A stretch of DNA of 64,000 nucleotides, taken from IMG/VR virus record IMGVR_UViG_3300045996_002431, positions 11,217-75,216 of that record; one strand, given 5' to 3'. How positions within the stretch are numbered: the stretch's first letter is position 1; every line of letters begins with the position of its first letter. The translations under genes were made by a program, and so were the position numbers. Of this stretch, positions 57,610 through 64,000 are shown piece by piece. The DNA is from a virus. The notes under the pieces were generated by a model. The model was not told the DNA's origin. It did no database searches and saw nothing but the letters and a program-made list of their open reading frames with translations.

Positions 57610-57738
57610 TTATTTTATTGAATAAATGAGTACGGCGGTAATGACTCCCACTATTCCTATAAGGAATTTCTGAAAGTTATTATCGTCCTCGGGCGGCATG
57701 TTGGGGATGAAATACGGTAGATCTAATAGTCCTGGCAT
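57610..57738 (-). CDS. 42-aa single-TM peptide (below the track cut-off)
   Basis: Own translation MPGLLDLPYFIPNMPPEDDNNFQKFLIGIVGVITAVLIYSIK*; TAATG-coupled to the phosphoesterase stop. Confidence 0.55.
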   Translation of the reverse strand: MPGLLDLPYFIPNMPPEDDNNFQKFLIGIVGVITAVLIYSIK

Positions 57739-59015
57739 TATATGGTTGTTTGGATGGTTAGAATCGTTCTTTTGGATCTTGTCTTATCTACGGACTTAGC
57801 ATTATAAGCCTGCAATCCTTTTGATATTTCGTATCCAGTTATTCCAGTTGTGTCCTGAAGGTCGTTTACCTGTACGGACCTCTCGTTGTTCTTCACGACA
57901 TAGCAATTCTGTTGAGCTCTGCCCATCAGGTTGAGCGCAATCTCGTTGTATGCGTTCGATCCGGCCATTGATGATGATCGGGCCGATATGTCTGTTATAC
58001 GAGTCGCGTGGATGTGGCCGCCTATGCAGAAATCCAACTGATGGCCTGCTAGCGAATAGCGTCCCATGGCAGCTTGGGTCTTCTCCTGGGAGTCGAGAAA
58101 ACGACTTAGGTTGTGAGCGAGTAGCCATTTTTGATTTTCAATTTTTATAATTTCTTCCGTGTTGTCGTAGTTGCCGAATGTGACATCTTTAATACCGGCA
58201 AACTCAAACATTTGATGTAGCTGTGCAAGGATCGCGAAGTCGTAGTTATTTGACAGCGCTGTGCTGGAGAAGGTCATTTCCTTATCGACCCTGGATTCAT
58301 TACCTAGTACACTCACAATTGTTACCGGATAGTATTGACGAACGTCCAGGATGGCTTGTTTTAAGAGATGTATCATCATCACAGTAGCCTTGCTTCTGTT
58401 TGTGGCCGCTGATAGTATTTCATCAAGCCTTCTGTCGCTGTTTAGTAGATCTCCTGTAAATGCGATCAGAACCTTTTCTACCTGCTTGTATTTAAAGTAA
58501 GCGATAGATTCTGAGATGTGTTTTTTCAGGCGTTTTGACAGAACCTCAAAGTCGTATTTGTTGTGGGGTGAGTCGATCAATTCATTGCCATGAAGGTCCG
58601 TTAGGTGAATGACACCAACTCCTCCTTTTGGCCTAACCGGCAATTTGAGGTTGTATTTTTTTAGGTCTTTGCCGAATTCTCTGTTCTGAGCAGCGATTTC
58701 TTTTGCGAACTCCTCGATCGCATTCTCTACCCTGGCATGTTCCCGGAAGGTTTTGTTTTGGATCCTGTTTTGATCCATTAGCTTCTGACGACTTTTGGCG
58801 AGTCTTACGCTTTCTACGACAACTTCTTTATCGCGGAACTCAATATCTATGGTCCTGGAGATGTACTTCCTTAGCCTGTCTACTGCGCCTTCGTCTGCTT
58901 TTGGGCCGAGAAGAGTTCTTGCTAATTCAACTTTGGTTACGTATTCATTAGTTCCCCATAGATTGATGATTTCATCTCTAAAGTGGCCGAACTCTCCTAA
59001 TCCTTTTACTGACAT
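57738..59015 (-). CDS. calcineurin-like metallophosphoesterase with N-terminal coiled coil
   Basis: TDLH, TGDLL, GNE (GNH variant), AH, GHIH motifs. Confidence 0.82.
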   Translation of the reverse strand: MSVKGLGEFGHFRDEIINLWGTNEYVTKVELARTLLGPKADEGAVDRLRKYISRTIDIEFRDKEVVVESVRLAKSRQKLMDQNRIQNKTFREHARVENAIEEFAKEIAAQNREFGKDLKKYNLKLPVRPKGGVGVIHLTDLHGNELIDSPHNKYDFEVLSKRLKKHISESIAYFKYKQVEKVLIAFTGDLLNSDRRLDEILSAATNRSKATVMMIHLLKQAILDVRQYYPVTIVSVLGNESRVDKEMTFSSTALSNNYDFAILAQLHQMFEFAGIKDVTFGNYDNTEEIIKIENQKWLLAHNLSRFLDSQEKTQAAMGRYSLAGHQLDFCIGGHIHATRITDISARSSSMAGSNAYNEIALNLMGRAQQNCYVVKNNERSVQVNDLQDTTGITGYEISKGLQAYNAKSVDKTRSKRTILTIQTTI

Positions 59016-59040
59016 GCAATTGATTTAGTGGGTTGATTGT

Positions 59041-59072
59041 CAAATGTAGATATTATTCTACAGTTAAACAAA
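59041..59072 (-). promoter_or_regulatory. Bacteroidota promoter for the leftward operon
   Basis: Minus strand TTTG-N20-TACATTTG, 25 nt upstream of the ATG at 59015. Confidence 0.7.
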
Positions 59073-59089
59073 AATGTTTTGAAGTCTTT

Positions 59090-59532
59090 TGAACATTTGC
59101 GCATTCGGAACGAGGTTTGATAGTTCGGCGGTAACTGTGTTACTACCATAATTACACTACGGAAAGCCCTCTGAGCTTGAAGAGTCGGATAATCCTTTTA
59201 GACTAACCGGACTCTTAGCGAAATTACACTGACGGAGCCAGCCTCTTTCACTTGCCTGAAGTCAGCATCAAGGTGCTTCAGGTTGGAGACTACTTATAGA
59301 GTCCTTGACGACCCTTCTGCATACTACGGCTTTCTCCTTTGTCGTACCGTCTGAGCTGGTGCAGTCCCACAGTAGCTCAATATTATTTTATTGCCCTGCC
59401 GTTAATTATTCCGACGACAATAAAAAAGACCACTCCAGTTAGGTGGGTTATTTGGAAGATAGCCCCGGAGTGGTCGGACAACATTTTAAGTTGCCTTGCA
59501 TTAAATGTCTTTTTGTTGAACTATCTTCCTGT
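59090..59532 (-). ncRNA. putative structured non-coding transcript with attenuator-like 5' leader
   Basis: Promoter TTTG-N20-TACATTTA (59567-59536); many stems; terminator GACCACTCC/GGAGTGGTC-TTTTTT; no credible ORF. Confidence 0.55.
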
Positions 59533-59611
59533 CGTTAAATGTAGAAACTTTTTCTCAAACCACCAAATTTTGAGAAAAATAATCCTTATATTTATGTAAA
59601 CAGCTACGAAA

Positions 59612-59911
59612 ATGGAAGGCGGACAATCATTCAGGGTATGGGAATTCATTGAACATTTCAGTGATGAGAATGCAAACTTCTATACGGCCCGGAGAACAAT
59701 GAACTTAAGAGAAGTGAAAGGCTTCTGTGATTTTGAATTTCCTATCGAACATCCAATGAACGGCGGAAAACTGGTAAGAATAGATACTGTTTACGGAGAT
59801 AGTTACGTAGCTCAGATCTCATACGAGGATTTCAGAAAACTCTATTTTGCATACCTGCAAGAAACCGACGATATCGACATGAGATCGATGGTTAAAAAAA
59901 AAAAAGGATAA
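59612..59911 (+). CDS. hypothetical protein
   Basis: 99-aa ORF, first gene of the rightward block. Confidence 0.65.
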   Translation: MEGGQSFRVWEFIEHFSDENANFYTARRTMNLREVKGFCDFEFPIEHPMNGGKLVRIDTVYGDSYVAQISYEDFRKLYFAYLQETDDIDMRSMVKKKKG

Positions 59912-60110
59912 ATAATCCTGCCCTTAGACATGATCTTTCTCCAGTGAGAATGATCTTTCATGAACCCAACAAAGAGGGTATAAGGATTTCTTGTTACGAA
60001 GATAATGATAATGGACCATCTCCATACCTTGGAATGGGATCTATTCATTTTGGATAAACATCCCCACTCCCCTTCCCATAAGAACAGGGCGCTCAGAGTT
60101 GGGGTCTTAT

Positions 60111-60198
60111 AAAAACCCGTAGCGCATTAGAATTGACTTTTGGTTCGCGAGCCTAAGTTATTAGATCGGCTACTTCCCGGTTCCGCTTACGGGTTTTT
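60111..60198. other. long inverted repeat enclosing a structured ~60-nt loop
   Basis: AAAAACCCGTAGCG ... CGCTTACGGGTTTTT. Confidence 0.6.
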
Positions 60199-60257
60199 AA
60201 TTTGTTCAAAACATTTCAGAACTCCCGAATCTCAAACAAAATTAATGCCGTAATATT

Positions 60258-60500
60258 GTGGATATCCAAATGGGAATTTTATCCGCAATACAAGAATACA
60301 TCGCCACACTCGGACCGGGTGTTTTGAGGATAAACTTCCTCTTTATTAAACCGGCATACGATGCTTTAATGGAGATTTTATTCACCATGGGAATTTATTT
60401 CCCGAGTTTCACTTACATGGGTGTTAGAGTTAATTTTGCCATTTGTGATAATACAGAACAATTCAAAGACTTACCATTTAACCCAATTTTCAACTCATGA
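60258..60500 (+). CDS. hypothetical protein
   Basis: 80-aa ORF (or from ATG 60270); ATGA overlap with the next gene. Confidence 0.45.
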   Translation: MDIQMGILSAIQEYIATLGPGVLRINFLFIKPAYDALMEILFTMGIYFPSFTYMGVRVNFAICDNTEQFKDLPFNPIFNS

Positions 60501-61111
60501 GTATATTTAAAGGATACCCTTACGGAGAGCCTAAGTCTCTCGAAATTTTCCCGACAGAATCTCGTCCTTCAGGACAACAGATCGAGGGCGGAGTAAAAGA
60601 TGATCTTCAAATCCCGGCAGCGGTAGTTGCCCTTTATTCAAAGGCACTGCATGAAGCAGAACAACAGGTCAGGGATCTTCAGACAGACTATCCATTCATT
60701 CCCGAAGATTATGGGTTTGCTGAGGTGGATGTTGTTGGACCAAACACCATCTACAAAAGTCATGATGATAATGTAATGATGACAAGGATGGGTGATGACT
60801 GGATTATCGCCTCCGGAAAACTCAGTCGCGCAATCACAATGTCGATTTCAAGCGAAAAGGAAGCCTACACTGCATTCAAATTACTCGGTTTACTAGAATC
60901 TATAAAAACAGAAAAAGATGTGGACAACAGTCTTAATTTCACTGGAGAGCGCGTTAATATTATTCTTAATAATGCTGATCGTCCGATTGAATTTCCGCCT
61001 TCAACAAGTGAGGATACTGACTTGGCAGATATCAGCCCTGATGCCCAAGAGTTTTCCGGAACTATGGGGGAAGAGGCACAAGAACATGAAACTGATGAGA
61101 GAGGCAATTAA
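60497..61111 (+). CDS. acidic hypothetical protein
   Basis: 204-aa ORF with a strongly acidic C-terminus. Confidence 0.7.
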   Translation: MSIFKGYPYGEPKSLEIFPTESRPSGQQIEGGVKDDLQIPAAVVALYSKALHEAEQQVRDLQTDYPFIPEDYGFAEVDVVGPNTIYKSHDDNVMMTRMGDDWIIASGKLSRAITMSISSEKEAYTAFKLLGLLESIKTEKDVDNSLNFTGERVNIILNNADRPIEFPPSTSEDTDLADISPDAQEFSGTMGEEAQEHETDERGN

Positions 61112-61135
61112 TCAATTAAAAACTACGCTAAACAT

Positions 61136-61846
61136 ATGAAACAACTACCATTACTAAGACTGATCGATATCGTCGCGACTCGATTACAAGTCCTTGAAAG
61201 AAACAACGCAACAAACTTCGCTATACAAAGTACAATTGAAGCCGGATTCCTTTTAGTTGAAGCCGGAGAAAAGCGCGAAGACGAAAACGAAGAAATTCAA
61301 TTCGAAGGCCCGGATCGCAATACGATTGTTGACTTCCTTGAGGTTACGATCCAAATGATGACCGACGCAAAGGACCTGGCCGCCACGAAGGCCATTAATG
61401 AAGAGAGTGGATGGGTCAAATTTCTCTATAATTCATCCGCTGTTGCCCTTTTAAAATCGAAAGCGATGATCAATGAATACTACCGCGTGATCAAGAAGGA
61501 TAGAGACGCAGAAGCAGAATTCGAGGCCTTTAAATCGAAGGCAGCGAATGCCGTGGTGATCATTAACGAGGAGATTAAGCCAGCTAAGTTGCTCGAGAGC
61601 ATGCTGCGCTACTTATGGACAAATGACTTCCATGATAAGCAGGTTTATATGCCTGAGAACCTAAAGCCGACAATCTCCGGATTTATGGACGTATCACCTG
61701 AAAACGTTCATTTCGATTCAGTGGCATGCGATGACTGCATTAAAAAGTTCAACCTCGAGGAGACCATTTTCTACACTCTTGGATTCAAAGCCGGGGAAAA
61801 ACTTCCTGTAGAATTTCCAAAAGAGGCATTTGTTGTACAGGTGTAA
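61136..61846 (+). CDS. hypothetical protein
   Basis: 236-aa ORF. Confidence 0.7.
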   Translation: MKQLPLLRLIDIVATRLQVLERNNATNFAIQSTIEAGFLLVEAGEKREDENEEIQFEGPDRNTIVDFLEVTIQMMTDAKDLAATKAINEESGWVKFLYNSSAVALLKSKAMINEYYRVIKKDRDAEAEFEAFKSKAANAVVIINEEIKPAKLLESMLRYLWTNDFHDKQVYMPENLKPTISGFMDVSPENVHFDSVACDDCIKKFNLEETIFYTLGFKAGEKLPVEFPKEAFVVQV

Positions 61847-61903
61847 AAAAAATTCCTCAAATTGTGTAACCTTTAACGAAGCACATCAGTATAACACCTA
61901 AAA

Positions 61904-62224
61904 ATGGAAGAAACGATCGACACAAAGGTGACAGTTGTAGTCACCTCTCCTTCAGGACGAAGGAAATACAAGACACAGAAGGTCAATAGGGGCCTTCTTG
62001 CGAGATTCACATTCGAAGACTGGAAACAGAAGAATAAGGGATCATACATCGACATTATTCAGGATAAGTTCACCGAAGACGAAAAGAACAAATTTCCGAA
62101 GGCGCTGAACGTGGAACTGAAAATAGCCGAGATCATAGCAAAGGAATGCGAAGTTTACATCGAAGGTGTCCAGCAAGATGTCTATCACCTTATTAAAAAG
62201 TACTGGAATCAATTACCTCACTAA
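61904..62224 (+). CDS. hypothetical protein
   Basis: 106-aa ORF with A-rich leader. Confidence 0.65.
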   Translation: MEETIDTKVTVVVTSPSGRRKYKTQKVNRGLLARFTFEDWKQKNKGSYIDIIQDKFTEDEKNKFPKALNVELKIAEIIAKECEVYIEGVQQDVYHLIKKYWNQLPH

Positions 62225-62226
62225 CC

Positions 62227-62484
62227 ATGAAAAACATACCATACGTTAAAAAATTCGATGAGAACGGAGTTCTTACGAATCCAATCACCAAGGACAGCCC
62301 ATACAAACATCCTACTACATCAACAAGGACTCAGAAACGCGCGTACAGGTACGTGATGCTGACTCATCCGGTTAGTGGAGATTATATCGGACTTATAAAG
62401 AGAGGCGGAAATAACAAGAAGGTTGCGGCCAGCACACGCAGAAGAAAACCATCAATGAAACGCAGAACCTTAAGAGTTAAGTAA
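62227..62484 (+). CDS. basic hypothetical protein
   Basis: 85 aa; N-terminal NIPYVKKFDENG...NPI; Arg/Lys-rich tail. Confidence 0.65.
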   Translation: MKNIPYVKKFDENGVLTNPITKDSPYKHPTTSTRTQKRAYRYVMLTHPVSGDYIGLIKRGGNNKKVAASTRRRKPSMKRRTLRVK

Positions 62485-63248
62485 TGGTAAATCTAATCGG
62501 AGTGCACGGAAAGATCGGAAACGGAAAAGACACCGTTGGAAACTTTATTGTTGAGCTTACCAAGCCGGCGAATGGTCTTCCTTCATACGATCAGTTTGTG
62601 ATCAAAAAATATGCATCCAAGCTTAAACTTGTAGCTTCGCTACTGCTTGGTGTTCCGGTGGAGAAGTTTGAAGATGCTGAGTTTAAAAAGCAGCATCTAC
62701 CACCGGAATGGGATTATCTGTTTGGTTATTCGAACGCGAAGACCACCAGGATATCTGCAGAGGGACACCGGGAATTTATGGGTGATCGTGTTAAACGATA
62801 CACTTACCGCGAATTTCTTCAGTTACTTGGTACAGATGCGATGAGGGATGTGATACATTCTGAAACCTGGATCAATGCATTGTTTGCGGATTATAAGCCA
62901 TACGCCGTGTTTGGAAACACAAAAATCGTATTCGATAGTAATGATCTTGCGAATCAGGTTGTTGTGTCAAGCAAAGGCTCTCATCATAACGGAGAGAAAT
63001 CAGTGGCAAAATATCCAAACTGGGTCATCACAGATGTTCGCTTTCCAAACGAAGCAGAAGCTATCAAGAAGCGCGGAGGAAAAGTAATATCAGTGGTTCG
63101 CCCTGGCCATATGGATACCGGGAACCATCCATCTGAAACCGCACTCGATGGATATAATTTTGATTACGTCATGTACAATGACGGATCACTTGAAAGTCTT
63201 AAAAATTTAACAAAACTAATACTACAACAATGGCAGATTATTACATAG
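62484..63248 (+). CDS. deoxynucleoside monophosphate kinase
   Basis: IGVHGKIGNGKDT, YASKLK, REFLQLLGTD.MR, WINAL, VITDVRFPNEA..IK..GG, H.SE..LD. Confidence 0.9.
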   Translation: MVNLIGVHGKIGNGKDTVGNFIVELTKPANGLPSYDQFVIKKYASKLKLVASLLLGVPVEKFEDAEFKKQHLPPEWDYLFGYSNAKTTRISAEGHREFMGDRVKRYTYREFLQLLGTDAMRDVIHSETWINALFADYKPYAVFGNTKIVFDSNDLANQVVVSSKGSHHNGEKSVAKYPNWVITDVRFPNEAEAIKKRGGKVISVVRPGHMDTGNHPSETALDGYNFDYVMYNDGSLESLKNLTKLILQQWQIIT

Positions 63249-63478
63249 CCCGATACCAAAGAGGGGCTAATCCGGTTCTGTACGTGGAAGACGTAACAGA
63301 CGGGAACCTCAACCTTTCGTCAGGAACGGCGAACATCACAAAAAAATGGGACATAACAACCTTCAACGAAGCCGCCCTGATTGCATTGTACGCTTTCGTT
63401 AAAGAAGTTGAAGCGGCTGCGGAACTAACGGCTGGGTCAGACACAATTTCAATCACGCTGGAACAAGCAACAATTTAA
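63230..63478 (+). CDS. hypothetical protein
   Basis: 82-aa ORF. Confidence 0.6.
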   Translation: MADYYIARYQRGANPVLYVEDVTDGNLNLSSGTANITKKWDITTFNEAALIALYAFVKEVEAAAELTAGSDTISITLEQATI

Positions 63479-63490
63479 AATAAAACAACC

Positions 63491-64000
63491 ATGAAAAAAG
63501 AAAACGTTATTTTAGAGTTTAAAGGGACATCAGAAAATGTTGCCAAGAGAATGATTTTAAATAATAACAATAGATATTCCTCGACAGACAGGCATGGAGT
63601 TACGCTTGAATCAATGTTGAGAGTTGGAAGTAGTGTAAAAAATGGCGATTTCATTATATCAAAGATTCGTCGCGGATCAGATGGTGTTGAGTTCTCAATT
63701 GGAGATTCTATACACACCGGAGACGGAGAAGCCGGGAAGATAACAGAATTTCTGTACAAGCATCCGGATTGGAGTGAAGACATCGCCGTGAAGTATGAAG
63801 GTGAAAACTTCAACGGAACGGGACTTCTTTCGATTTTCGAACACGTCGACAAAAAAGACATCGAGATCTCGTCATTAAGGCGCAGAATCAATCATCTGTG
63901 TCAGAGGCTTAAGTCAAAACAGAGACCGTGTATTTTATTTTTCGATGACATTAACACTTCACCCCCTGCCGTTTCTTTCCGCGATATCGAAGACTTTAAA
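63491..64000 (+). CDS. 3'-truncated hypothetical protein
   Basis: Own translation MKKENVILEFKG...ISKIRRGSDGVEFSIGD..., open to the window end. Confidence 0.6.
   Translation, partial: MKKENVILEFKGTSENVAKRMILNNNNRYSSTDRHGVTLESMLRVGSSVKNGDFIISKIRRGSDGVEFSIGDSIHTGDGEAGKITEFLYKHPDWSEDIAVKYEGENFNGTGLLSIFEHVDKKDIEISSLRRRINHLCQRLKSKQRPCILFFDDINTSPPAVSFRDIEDFK

Overview
A 64-kb segment of a lytic-looking dsDNA tailed phage of a Bacteroidota host. The host call rests on TTTG-N18-20-TAnnTTTG promoters, A-rich leaders without Shine-Dalgarno sequences and a BT4734/VirE-N primase. The head-tail gene order is podovirus-like and resembles crAss-like/Flavobacteriia phages. There are three strand blocks. (1) + strand 1-20356: small early genes, stand-alone DnaA-domain-IV and FtsK-gamma proteins, Cas4-like nuclease, SMC-like ATPase, SNF2 helicase, beta clamp, MazG-like enzyme, primase-helicase, VRR-NUC, SSB and a RyR-domain protein. 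(2) - strand 20432-59015: metallophosphoesterase, initiator tRNA-Met, TerL, portal, scaffold, major capsid, tail ring/stabilization proteins, a 3089-aa polyvalent injected protein, Cys-rich and collagen/Ig tail proteins, CHAP endolysin, two paralogous fibres and holin/spanin candidates. (3) + strand from 59612: unknowns and a dNMP kinase. The standard genetic code gives intact ORFs. No DNA polymerase, RNA polymerase, integrase, reverse transcriptase or CRISPR array is visible in the window. The most unusual signals are non-coding: an array of four structured RNAs at 10.73-11.26 kb that includes a 219-nt tRNA-Leu-like RNA with a ~150-nt structured insertion, an attenuator-like leader plus long structured RNA at 59.1-59.5 kb, and several apparently leaderless genes. 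All calls are by eye from motifs, base pairing and gene order; no searches or folding programs were run.
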